A program made the translations under genes and the position numbers. A model generated the notes under the pieces. The model did no database searches, was not told where the DNA came from, and saw nothing but the letters and a program-made list of their open reading frames with translations. Below, piece after piece: positions 35,774-48,174 of a stretch of 64,000 nt of DNA; the first letter of the stretch is position 1; each line of letters opens with the position of its first letter. The stretch comes from Macrostomum hystrix (Eukaryota; Animalia; Platyhelminthes), in the NCBI GenBank assembly GCA_950097015.1, contig CATNEN010000001.1, forward strand, positions 10,602,001-10,666,000, given 5' to 3'.

Positions 35774-36569
35774 AAAATCTTGCTTGGGGATCATGGTCAA
35801 CTTGGGGATCATTGTCAGCTAGGGGATCATTGTAACTTAAAAAAAGCTGAAACTGCAGCTGCTAAAAAGTATATACTAGATGAATTAAAAATATTTATGC
35901 TCCCCATCTGAATCCTAATTCCAAACCCCTGCGCCAAGCCGCCGACCTTGACACCTGCGCCTAGCAAAGCTGTGTATAATATATTTCCAAAAAGGTGTTT
36001 ACTTTTTACTGTCTGGATAAATGGATTATGCTTTTCATTTTATTTTACTTATTATACTCCAATATACTCATTGCCAGCATTAGTGCTACTGCTCTTTAGG
36101 AAGTAAACATTTTGATAATTGATCAATCGTTTTCTCTAGTTTTCCTTGCTTATTTTTTAATTCAGGATCGTGGTTAAGAGAAGTAGAGGGTCAGTGATAC
36201 GATACGAGTTTGTAGGCAGTTTATTAAGAGGATAATGTAAGAGGAAAATGTAAATACAAGCGTAGTACACAACTGCTATCAGTATTAAAATGTACTGATG
36301 GAATAACTACGAGCAGTTCATATATTTTTATATTCGTACAAGCTTTAGCAAGTGCCTCATCCTCAGCTACAGTAGTAAACAGACGTAAAACTCTAAAAGA
36401 ACCCCTTATACGGAAGACCTCATTTGCAGCACTGACCAGTAAACCTTTTTGATGTCCCTCTAGCGGCTATATTAGTCTTTGTATTTTCCAGCCTAAGCAA
36501 TTGGCGTAACAACCTGGGCCCTGTCTCTTTAGACTTTTTACAAAGTCCTAGCTTTGCGAGCTTGAGCAC

Positions 36570-37140
36570 AAGGTTAAAGCATCAGCTCTAGAGATGGCCA
36601 TCTCTAGGCCATCTAGGTGATGGCCAGGACTTTGCATTGCAGTCTTTCATGGATCCAACCGTTTAGCAATGGACCTTCTGCAGGGTTCTCCAGTGATCAC
36701 TAATATTTTTCGCTTCGGAGCCAAAAAGGAGGAGGCGCTGGGTGGTTTTTGCAGCCTCGCCACGTATCTATAAATCAAGCGCGGGAATGTTTAAAACGGC
36801 GTTAAGGCCGTAAAAAGGGGCAGATGGCGGGGCGCTCATGATCATGCGACACGCCCGGCCATGCACTTTCCGCTGAGTCTCATGGCAGGTCTTGAGCTGC
36901 AGGGCGCTGGCCCAGATTAGTCCGTCGTACGAGACTGCCGGTCTGACCATGGCAGTTTATATCCACCATAGACGCTTAAGGTTGAGACCCCAGGTGTTGC
37001 CCACTGCCCTGCGCAAGAATCGCGGGGGTACTGGGGTCAGTATATTAGAGGACACCGATGGGTCGGATTCCAGGGACTTCGGGCTGGCCGCATACCCGGT
37101 CAAGGTGTGTCATGACACCCTTCCCTCAGACCGTAGCCAT
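36570..37140 (-). mobile_element. Degenerate LINE ORF2 fragment (R1/Loa/I-group-like, region just after the RT domain)
   Basis: Minus-strand translation AVGNTWGLNLKRLWWIYTAMVRPAVSYDGLIWASAL..KVHGRACRMIMSAPPSAPFYGLNAVLNIPALDL follows the WG..YxAxVRP..W..R.A..T..L..L motif chain of non-LTR retrotransposons. It contains stops. Confidence 0.8.
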
Positions 37141-38348
37141 AGATAGGTGATGAAACACATACACTCAAACATTATCCTGTAAGGTCAAACGGTGTTCACC
37201 TTTCCCTTTAGCTGTACCCAGAAGCTCCTAAACGAACAGTACCTTTAGTTATTTTTGTGCATTTTCTGCTTTCTAGGCAAAAAATTTAAATATATATAAA
37301 AAATTGTGCAACATAGAAGTTTTATTCGATCTGAAAGTGACTGCTTAGTTTAACTTTGTTATATCAATTATTCAAAATCAAAAATGTGTTTCTCTTCAGT
37401 AAACTAAGAAGCAGAGCCGTGCCGATTTTTTAATACACATCGTTTACCATAATGCGCATGTTGATGCCGTCAGTATATACTCAGCATTCCCTAGATATAT
37501 TTGATATTAAAGATTTTGCTTTAACAATGGAGCTTCAGTCCAGGATCAGAATTCGCAAATAGGCCTTCATTCTTAAAATATTCTAGCTAGGCCCTAATTA
37601 CCATTTTCTATTAGCTTTATTAAACAGATTAGCTAGATTAGATTATCTTGATACTGCAGATAAAAAAGAGTCATGGGACACTTCATAAATAAAATAAATA
37701 ATAAAGATATTTTCTTAATGCAGCATTAAACTATTAGCTAATTATCCATGGTAGGCTTATAAAAAACTATTAAATTCTGTAAAAAAAGTTTTAGCTACAA
37801 TTCAAGCCTTTGCAGCTTTGCTTTCAGCTTTTAGTAATATTGTAATATATACTTTTTATTGATAGTTGCTTTATTTTCTTGATTACAGATATTAGGCCTC
37901 TTTTCTGTGACATAACAGTTAAGTAAATTAAAAAGACTATTTTTCTATCTTAAATTTGGGTGTAAATCGGTGTTGTCTGTTTGATTTGGTATGTTTGGTT
38001 GGCCTTCACCTGTCTCATATTCATGCATGTGCACCCTCCAGATAAATAAATAATAATATGGACTCATATAGGGGCCTAGTTTAACATATTTTGGGAAGGG
38101 TATAAATATGGGTAGGTGTAGTAAGTAGCCTTTACCCAGTCCATGGACTGAACAATATATATATATATATATATATTGATTATATTGTTGAGATATAGGA
38201 CTTTTTTACTGGCCTAAGTTAATCTTAAGAAATTGGCTATAATAAAAGGCTAGGCCTAATAAATATGTCTTAAGCTCCTAAAAATAAGATATTTCATAAA
38301 TTGTATTTGTGTGCACTCCTATATAGTTTGTAATATTCTTATTTCAGA

Positions 38349-41300
38349 ATGCCTGTCAGCGCAGAAAGCAGCACTAGCAAATGGGATTGGAAGACCATTG
38401 CATTGGTCTCTGTGCCTGTCGCTGGGCTGGGTCTTGGGGTTGCCTATTATTATTTCTATCACCGGCGAGCACAGGGTGCAGACTCTAAGAAAGAAGCTAA
38501 GGAAAAGGCTAGTTTTTACCTTGTTTCATTATCATTTTTTATAAATGGTATTACCATCAAATGACTGGAACTCACTCCTTGTTGTGAATGGAATTGACTC
38601 CATTTTTAGACTAGAATTGACTCCATATTTGGAATGAAATTCACTCCTTATTGTGACTGCAATTGACTCCTTATAAGGGTCTAGAGTTGACTCCATATTA
38701 GGCACTGGAATTGACTAATTGTTGTGACTGAAATCGACTAATAACAGTAAATGCATTTCACAGGGCTTTGGCGAAACGCCCAACCAGGTGTCAGCTCAGC
38801 CAGAGTTAACTCCATCACCTCAGCAGCAGCAGCAGCAGCCGCTACCAGCGACACCATTAGAAGCTGCTCTTCAAGTGAAGGAGAGAGGCAACAAATATTA
38901 TAGAGGCGGTCGCTATGACAAAGCCATCGAATGCTACACCGAAGCCATCAATCTGTGCCCGCCAGAACAAGCCGAAACACTCGCCACCTTCTATCAGAAT
39001 CGAGCAGCCGCTCTGGAATCGTTGAACAAATGGACTGAAGTTGAACAGGACTGTACCAGCGCCCTGAGGTACAGCCCGCGCTACGCCAAAGCTCTGGCTA
39101 GGCGAGCTAAAGTGCGCGAAAGGCTTGGCGAATTACGCGGCGCACTGTTAGACATCACCGCTGTGTGCATTCTAGAGAGCTTTAGCAATGTTGAGAGCCT
39201 CACCAGAGCTGAGCAGGTTTGTGTTATACAGTAATCCTTTGTTTCCTTCTGGGACCTTCAGGTAGCTGTAGCCTAGTGACTTGAAGGTCAGGGGTTCGAT
39301 TCCCGACTCCACAGGAATAATTTGTGTCCTAAACTTCTTCTTTCTCAGTTCACCCTGCTGTTAAAAGGGGTATTGGGGTGGGTCTGGCGTCGCCCCAGTC
39401 CATGGACTGAACAGCCGTACGCAGCCTTCAGATGCAATAGCTGCGGCTGTACTTCTGGCCTGATTGAGGCAGGTGTAATCGATAAGTATTTTTTAATAAT
39501 TTCTTTCGAACTTCACGCTTCTGTTAGAAGGTCGTAAGTTCGAATCTGAGCATTGGGGGAAAGCAAGTCACCCGATTCCCTAGTGCTAGGGTAGAAATTC
39601 GGGTAGGTGTAGTAGCTTTACCATGTTCTGTCATTTGGCTGTGGCAGAAGGCTGTGTTCTGTCCATGGACTAAACAGCCAATTTTTTTACATTGTTTAAA
39701 TTGTTTACTTTCCTGGGTTTTCTTATTACTAAACCTATTGTTTTCGCCAGAATATCTTCCCCATTTCTCCCATCGCAACTCTCCCATATCCTCATTTCTG
39801 TAACCATGCTGGCATGAACATCTCGTCACTCCAAATCAGGTGCTGAAGAGTCGCGGCCGCCAGCTAGCTAAAGAATCGGCCGATCGCATTGTACCCTCGC
39901 TGCCTAGCAACGCATTTATGCGCTCATTTTTCATGTCATTCTCCGAGGATCCGGTTCAGCGCGAACCGATCGGCTCCGATCCGCTTAGCCCTGCCTTAAT
40001 CGCCCTTCGGGAAAATCGATTCGATCAGCTGATCGGGCTGTGCGAAGAGGCTCTTAAAGCTCCCGTGCACTCAAATGGTAAGCTCAACTATGATTCCCTA
40101 ATTTTGAGTCTCACTCCTAATTCCTCAGATTGGAGTCGATAATCTCCCACTAATCTCCCAAATCCTCATTTTAATTTTGCTCATCCAATAAATCTCCCAA
40201 ATCCACATATTTGTGTTCCTCATCCCAGAAATCTCTTAATTCCTCAGATTATAGTCGCTAATCTCTCAAATCCTCGGATTAAAGTCGCTAATCTCCCAAA
40301 TCCTCAGATTTGAGTCGCTAATCTCCCAAATCCTCAAATTAAAGTCGCTAATCTCTCAAATCCTCAGATTAAAATCGCCAATCTCTCAAATCCTCAGATT
40401 TGAGTCGCTAATCTCTCAAATCCTCAGATTATAGTCGCTAATCTCCCAAATCCTCAAATTAAAGTCGCTAATCTCTCAAATCCTCAGATTAAAGTCGCTA
40501 ATCTCTCAAATCCTCAGATTAAAGTCGCTAATCTCTCAAATCCTCAGATTAAAATCGCCAATCTCTCAAATCCTCAGATTTGAGTCGCTAATCTCCCAAA
40601 TCCTCAAATTAAAGTCGCTAATCTCTCAAATCCTCAGATTAAAATCGCTAATCTCTCAAATCCTCAGATTATAGTCGCTAGTCTCCCAAATCCTCAGATT
40701 TGAGTCGCTAATCTCCCAAATCCTCAAATTAAAGTCGCTAATCTCTCAAATCCTCAGATTAAAATCGCCAATCTCTCAAATCCTCAGATTATAGTCGCTA
40801 ATCTCCCAAATCCTCAAATTAAAGTCGCTAATCTCCCAAATCCTCAAATTAAAGTCGCTAATCTCTCAAATCCTCAGATTAAAATCGCTAATCTCTCAAA
40901 TCCTCAGATTAAAATCGCCAATCTCTCAAATCCTCAGATTTGAGTCGCTAATCTCTCAAATCCTCAGATTATAGTCGCTAATCTCCCAAATCCTCAGATT
41001 AAAATCGCCAATCTCTCAAATCCTCAGATTTGAGTCGCTAGTCTCCCAAATCCTCAGATTTGAGTCGCTAATCTCCCAAATCCTCAAATTAAAGTCGCTA
41101 ATCTCTCAAATCCTCAGATTAAAGTCGCTAATCTCTCAAATCCTCAGATTAAAGTCGCTAATCTCTCAAATCCTCAGATTAAAGTCGCTAATCTCTCAAA
41201 TCCTCAGATTAAAGTCGCTAATCTCTCAAATCCTCAGATTAAAATCGCCAATCTCTCAAATCCTCAGATTTGAGTCGCTAATCTCTCAAATCCTCAGATT

Positions 41301-44300
41301 ATAGTCGCTAATCTCCCAAATCCTCAAATTAAAGTCGCTAATCTCCCAAATCCTCAAATTAAAATCGCTAATCTCTCAAATCCTCAGATTATAGTCGCTA
41401 GTCTCCCAAATCCTCAGATTTGAGTCGCTAATCTCCCAAATCCTCAAATTAAAGTCGCTAATCTCTCAAATCCTCAAATTAAAGTCGCTAATCTCTCAAA
41501 TCCTCAGATTAAAGTCGCTAATCTCTCAAATCCTCAGATTTGAGTCGCTAATCTCTCAAATCCTCAGATTAAAATCGCCAATCTCTCAAATCCTCAGATT
41601 TGAGTCGCTAATCTCTCAAATCCTCAGATTATAGTCGCTAATCTCCCAAATCCTCAAATTAAAGTCGCTAATCTCTCAAATCCTCAGATTAAAATCGCTA
41701 ATCTCTCAAATCTTCAGATTATAGTCGCTAGTCTCCCAAATCCTCAGATTTGAGTCGCTAATCTCCCAAATCCTCAGATTTGAGTCGCTAATCTCCCAAA
41801 TCCTCAGATTAAAGTCGCTAATCTCTCAAAATCCTCAGATTAAAGTCGCCAATCTCTCAAATCCTCAGATTAAAGTCGCCAATCTCTCAAATCCTCAGAT
41901 TATAGTCGCCAATCTCTCAAATCCTCAGATTATAGTCGCCAATCTCTCAAATCCTCAGATTATAGTCGCCAATCTCTCAAATCCTCAGATTATAGTCGCC
42001 AATCTCTCAAATCCTCAGATTTGAGTCGCTAATCTCTCATATCCTCAGATTATAGTCGCTAATCTCCCAAATCCTCAGATTAAAATCGCTAATCTCTCAA
42101 ATCCTCAGATTATAGTCGCTAGTCTCCCAAATCCTCAGATTTGAGTCGCTAAACTCCCAAATCCTCAGATTAAAGTCGCTAATCTCTCAAATCCTCAGAT
42201 TTAAGTCGCTAAGCTCCTAAATCCTCAGATTGGAGTCGAGAATCTCCCAGAAATCTCCCAAAATCTCATATTTGAGTTGCTTTGCTTCCGATGCCAAGTC
42301 TGTCACAATTTAACCGAATATCCCTATAAGGCTCTGCGCAGACGCCGTCTTCGACAACAGCCGAAGGAACTGAAGATCAGCAGCAGCAGCAGGTGCTAGG
42401 TGCCGATGAACAGCTGGAGCAAACAGAAGAGCCATCGACCTCTCAGCCGGCAGAAGCAGATGCTGAAGCCCAGAAGCAGACGTATTTGACACCGTATCGT
42501 AGAGACTTGTGCCGCCTTCTACTGGCCACTCTGCAGCTCCTGTCTGGCCAACCTGCGGCCGCTGCTCCCATCCTGAACTCCCTGGCGAATTCCGCCGAGG
42601 TCGAGAGATCCGTTAGAGTGAATGCGCTGATTAAACTCGCTTCCCTGGCTATGCAGGCGGCGATGCCCGGCCAGGCGGATGTGCTCACGGAGAGTGTCCT
42701 GGGTCATTTCGATCGCGCCCAACAACTATGCCCGGACCATCCGGATGCTCATCATCATCGAGGCCAGATGCTGCTGCTGACTGACCGTCTAGACGAAGCC
42801 CTGGTGCATCTGGCCAAGGCGTGCGAGGTCTGTTGACTCTTCTCTGCTGTTTCAATGTTGATTTAACATCCTAAATCCCATCATTCTCCCCTCTGAATCC
42901 CAGATATCCTAAATCCCATCATTCTCCCCTCTGAATCCCAGATATCCTAAATCCCATCATTGTCCTCACTGAATCCCAGATATCCTAAATCCCATAATTG
43001 TCCTCACTGAATCCCAGATATCCTAAATCCCATAATTGTCCTCACTGAATCCCAGATATCCTAAATCCCATCATTGTCCTCACTGAATCCCAGATATCCT
43101 AAATCCCATCATTGTCCTCACTGAATCCCAGATATCCTAAATCCCATCATTGTCCTCACTGAATCCCAGATATCCTAAATCCCATCATTGTCCTCACTGA
43201 ATCCCAGATATCCTAAATCCCATCATTGTCCTCACTGAATCCCAGATATCCTAAATCCCATCATTGTCCTCACTGAATCCCAGATATCCTAAATCCCATC
43301 ATTGTCCTCACTGAATCCCAGATATCCTAAATCCCATCATTGTCCTCACTGAATCCCAGATATCCTAAATCCCATCATTGTCCTCACTGAATCCCAGATA
43401 TCCTAAATCCCATCATTGTCCTCACTGAATCCCAGATATCCTAAATCCCATCATTGTCCTCACTGAATCCCAGATATCCTAAATCCCATCATTGTCCTCA
43501 CTGAATCCCAGATATCCTAAATCCCATCATTGTCCTCACTGAATCCCAGATATCCTAAATCCCATCATTGTCTTCACTGAATCCCAGGTATCCTAAATCC
43601 CATCATTGTCCTCATTGAATCCCAGATATCCTAAATCCCATCATTGTCCTTACTGAATCCCAGATATCCTAAATCCCATCATTGTCCTCACTGAATCCCA
43701 GATATCCTAAATCCCATCATTGTCCTCACTGAATCCCAGATATCCTAAATCCCATTCAGGGAGCGCCGGCCAACCCCATCCCGGCAGTTCAGCGGGCCTA
43801 CGCTTCCCATCGCACCGGTGGCCATGGCGCCCTTGATCAGCTGCGCCGTCTCACCGAGAAGCACCGCGGATGTGGCGAGGCGCACTCCCTTTACGCCCAG
43901 GCTCTGCTGGAGTCGCAACAGTTCGACTCGGCCGAGAAGGCTTTCAAACGGGTTACTGAGGTGAGCTGATGAACCTCAGTGACTCTATGACTGCATGACC
44001 CCCTACCTCATTGACTCTATGACTGCATGACCCCCTGCCTCAGTGACTCTATGACTGCATGACCCCCTGCCTCAGTGACTATGAATGCATGACCCCCTAC
44101 CTCAGTGACTCTATGACTGCATGACCCCCTGCCTCAGTGACTATGAATGCATGACCCCCTACCTCAGTGACTCTATGACTCTATGACTGCATGACCCCCT
44201 ACCTCAGTGACTCTATGACTGCATGACCCCCTACCTCAGTGACTCTATGACTGCATGACCCCCTACCTCAGTGACTCTATGACTGCATGACCCCCTACCT

Positions 44301-45361
44301 CATTGACTCTATGACTGCATGACCCCCTGCCTCAGTGACTCTATGACTGCATGACCCCCTGCCTCAGTGACTATGAATGCATGACCCCCTACCTCAGTGA
44401 CTCTATGACTCTATGACTGCATGACCCCCTACCTCAGTGACTCTATGACTGCATGACCCCCTACCTCAGTGACTCTATGACTGCATGACCCCCTACCTCA
44501 GTGACTCTATGACTGCATGACCCCCTACCTCAGTGACTCTATGACTGCATGACCCCCTACCTCAGTGACTCTATGGCTGCATGACCCCTTCCTCAGTGAC
44601 TCTATGACTGCATGACCCCCTACCTCATTGACTCTATGACTGCATGACCCCCTGCCTCAGTGACTATGAATGCATGACCCCCTACCTCAGTGACTCTATG
44701 ACTCTATGACTGCATGACCCCCTACCTCAGTGACTCTATGACTGCATGACCCCCTACCTCAATCGCTATAACTGTACTACCGTGTCTCAAAGTTTTTAAG
44801 TCTATATAACTATATCGTTATAACATCATGATTGTACGGAATTACCCTTCGACAATGACTATTTGACCTTATGATTTATGACTTTAATGTCCATATATGT
44901 ATACGACCCTTCCAACTGTCTGGTTTCCATTAACCCTAACTTGATGACTCAGTGTCCTAATTACATGACCCAAGCAAGCATCTCAAATAAGCAAATGACC
45001 TTCAATTGGCCTCCCAAATATGCAGTTGGAGCCGGACTCCGGCACAGCTTTCGTGCACCAGGGCCTGCTGCGCATGCAGGCGCGCAACGACACAGAAGGC
45101 GGCGTGGCTCTCATCCAACGCGCCCTAGAAGTGGAACCCAGATGCGAATTCGCTTTGGAGACTTTGGCCACCATTGAAGTTCAGCGGGGCAATCTGGATG
45201 CCGCCATTGGCCTATTCGATAGGGCCATTGCTCTGACCAAAACTGAGGCTGAACTGGCGCATCTATGGGCTCTGCGCGAGGCTGCGGATGTTCAACTACA
45301 GCTGGCCAGGGATATGGGATTGCGAATGCCATCGCTGGCTACCATGCAGCAGGCCTTCTGA
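38349..45361 (+). CDS. TOMM70: Mitochondrial import receptor Tom70 (N-terminal signal anchor plus TPRs), ~627 aa, 6 exons
   Basis: Exons 38349-38507, 38764-39216, 39840-40077, 42331-42827, 43760-43960, 45026-45361 (1884 nt). TM anchor IALVSVPVAGLGLGVAYYYF; KERGNKYYRGGRYDKAIECYTEAI; FYQNRAAALE; RYAKALARRAK; DITAVCILE; LPSNAFMRSFFMSFSEDP; RVNALIK; DAHHHRGQM; CEFALETLATIEVQRGNL..KTEAELAHL. Confidence 0.93.
39268..39490 (+). mobile_element. SINE family A, internally deleted, Tom70 intron 2
   Basis: gtagcctagtgacttgaaggtcaggggttcgattcccgactccac..cagtccatggactgaacagccgtacgcagccttcagatgc..aggtgtaatc. Confidence 0.82.
40120..42260. repeat. 30-bp satellite (ATCTCTCAAATCCTCAGATTAAAGTCGCTA), Tom70 intron 3
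   Basis: About 70 units filling most of the 2.25-kb intron. Confidence 0.97.
42868..43755. repeat. 38-bp satellite (ATCCTAAATCCCATCATTGTCCTCACTGAATCCCAGAT), Tom70 intron 4
   Basis: About 23 units running to within a few nt of the AG acceptor (43758-43759). Confidence 0.97.
43973..44761. repeat. 32-bp satellite (GACTCTATGACTGCATGACCCCCTACCTCAGT), Tom70 intron 5
   Basis: About 24 units with 30- and 40-bp variants. Confidence 0.96.
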
Positions 45362-45484
45362 ACAGCTCCCATGCTCAACAATGGCTGAGCACTGCTTAGT
45401 GATCATCTTTGCTTTTTTGACACCTAATTTGTCTGCTTATTGTAACCAGTTCTCTCCTGTATCTCCAGTAACCAGTACGTTCCA

Positions 45485-45822
45485 CCCTCCTCCCCTGTCT
45501 CCCCCACCTATCTACCCCTCACCCTGCCTCTGTCTCCCCCATCTATCTACCCATCCCCTCCCCCCTGTCTCCCCCATCTATCTACCCCTCCCCTCTGTCT
45601 CCCCTATCTATCTACCCCTCCCCTCCCCCCTGTCTCCCCATCCATCTACCCCTCCCCTCTGTCTCCCCCATCTATCTACCCCTTCCCTCCCCCCTGTCTC
45701 CCCCCATCTATCTACCCCTCCCTTCCCCGCTGTCTCCCCCATCTATCTGCCCCTCTCCTTCCCCTCTGTCTCCCCCATCTATCTAGCCCCCCTCCCCCTG
45801 TCTCCCCTATTTATCTAGCCCT
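45485..45822. repeat. C-rich imperfect minisatellite (CCCTGTCTCCCCCATCTATCTACCCCTC), Tom70 3' region
   Basis: About 10 imperfect units. Confidence 0.88.
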
Positions 45823-46701
45823 CTCCTTTTTCTGTCTTATATATCCAGCCCATCTTAAATTACATAATTTTAAACATAATCCACTAACGTTTTGCATTAT
45901 GATGTATTTTTCAAATTAACAAATAAAATTAAGCTATAATTGTGGTTTATAGATGTTGTTTAAACGCCAGCAAATGCCTTCTATATGAGCTGTAGCAAGG
46001 ATGCTCTATTCACGATAATGAAATACCAATGTCCTGATCTAAATAAACTGCCGTCTTTTCTAGATCCAGTAATTTTTCGGCATGCACAGCCGCTTAGAAT
46101 TATGTTCATTCCTCATTTTTATTATCTCTTATAAAATTTTTATGAGATTAGGTTAATCTACAATAATATTACTGTTTTATAAGTATTGATTTTTTATCTT
46201 AATGATGATATCGATAGGCAATGACCAATGCTTGTCTCGCTGATTTCTAAGTTAAGCCTCAACGTTTGTTCAAATCCTGTTGATTGAACTACTCTACTGA
46301 TTAGTAGAGCTGTTTGAACATTAATTTCTCTTTTTGTGCGCCTGTTCACGTTAATAGTGTCCAACTTTTTGATAAAGCACTGCATAGCGTTAGCCTTATT
46401 TAAATATCCTATTTTTGTGTGCTTCATTTAGATAATATTATACCAACACAAGCCTTACGTCATCCAGCACATGTTACTAGTTATTTTCGGTTTAGTAAAT
46501 TTAGATACCACATTCTGACACGGTTGCTAACTATGAAGACAAAATATAAACAAATACCTGTGAATTGTCACCGTGGTTGTCCAGAATAAAAAATATATTC
46601 AAAATTAGTATACAGTTTTGCTGTTGTTTTTAATTTTTAATTGCAATTCCGATTTTAACTCTTTTAGGACTTACTCCACTCAATTTGTAATAGTAAGCAT
46701 A

Positions 46702-47963
46702 AGTGAGACCGATTCTCATAGTGTGAGATCATTTGCGAGACCGATTCTCATAGTGTGAGATCATTTGCGAGACCGATTCTCATTCTGTGAGATCATTAGT
46801 GAGACCGATTCTCATAGTGTGAGATCATTAGTGAGACCGATTCTCATAGTGTGAGATCATTAGTGAGACCGATTCTCATAGTGTGAGATCATTAGTGAGA
46901 CCGATTCTCATAGTGTGAGATCATTAGTGAGACCGATTCTCATAGTGTGAGATCATTAGTGAGACCGATTCTCATAGTGTGAGATCATTAGTGAGACCGA
47001 TTCTCATAGTGTGAGATCATTAGTGAGACCGATTCTCATTCTGTGAGATCATTAGTGAGACCGATTCTCATAGTGTGTGATCATTAGTGAGACCGATTCT
47101 CATTCTGTAAAATCATTAGTGAGACCGATTCTCATAATGTGAGATCATTAGTGAGACCGATTCTCATAGTGTGAGATCATTAGTGAGACCGATTCACATT
47201 CTGTGAGATCATTTGCGAGACCGATTCTCATAGTGTGAGATCATTAGTGAGACCGATTCTCATAGTGTGAGATCATTAGTGAGACCGATTCTCATAGTGT
47301 GAGATCATTAGTGAGACCGATTCTCATAGTGTGAGATCATTAGTGAGACCGATTCTCATAGTGTGAGATCATTAGTGAGACCGATTCTCATAGTGTGAGA
47401 TCATTAGTGAGACCGATTCTCATAGTGTGAGATCATTAGTGAGACCGATTCTCATAGTGTGAGATCATTAGTGAGACCGATTCTCATAGTGTGAGATCAT
47501 TAGTGAGACCGATTCTCATTCTGTGAGATCATTAGTGAGACCGATTCTCATAGTGTGTGATCATTAGTGAGACCGATTCTCATTCTGTAAAATCATTAGT
47601 GAGACCGATTCTCATAATGTGAGATCATTAGTGAGACCGATTCTCATAGTGTGAGATCATTAGTGAGACCGATTCACATTCTGTGAGATCATTTGCGAGA
47701 CCGATTCTCATAGTGTGAGATCATTAGTGAGACCGATTCTCATAGTGTGAGATCATTAGTGAGACCGATTCTCATAGTGTGAGATCATTAGTGAGACCGA
47801 TTCTCATAGTGTGAGATCATTAGTGAGACCGATTCTCATTCTGTGAGATCATTAGTGAGACCGATTCTCATTCTGTGAGATCATTAGTGAGACCGATTCT
47901 CATTCTGTGAGATCATTAGTGAGACCGATTCTCATTCTGTGAGATCATTAGTGAGACCGATTC
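46702..47963. repeat. 32-bp satellite (GAGACCGATTCTCATAGTGTGAGATCATTAGT) with a 480-bp higher-order period
   Basis: About 39 units. The variant pattern at 47041-47220 recurs exactly at 47521-47700. Confidence 0.97.
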
Positions 47964-48174
47964 ACTTAATTTGCTAAAGAAAACAACGGAGATCTCTACG
48001 AAAAGCTCTGCTTTATATCAGGGCAATATTTTATTTCCTATCAGAGACTATAGCCAGAACAGCATCATCACGTGGACAGGCCTGTTTATAAGATATCTTT
48101 ATTGTGCTAGATTGTCTTATCTTATTAAGCGCGGTTTGGTTATTAAGCGAGGCCAAGCTGCATCGTCACTGTGC

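Noticed and set aside
35756-35879. Complete mini-Helitron from TC to CTAG
   Set aside because: Similarity with 34720-34783 continues past the CTAG and there is no clear subterminal hairpin, so the 3' end is not established.
40120-47963. CRISPR-like appearance of the 30-38 bp repeats, one of them with a dyad
   Set aside because: The units are head-to-tail with no unique spacers, there are no cas genes, and the context is eukaryotic intronic or intergenic DNA.
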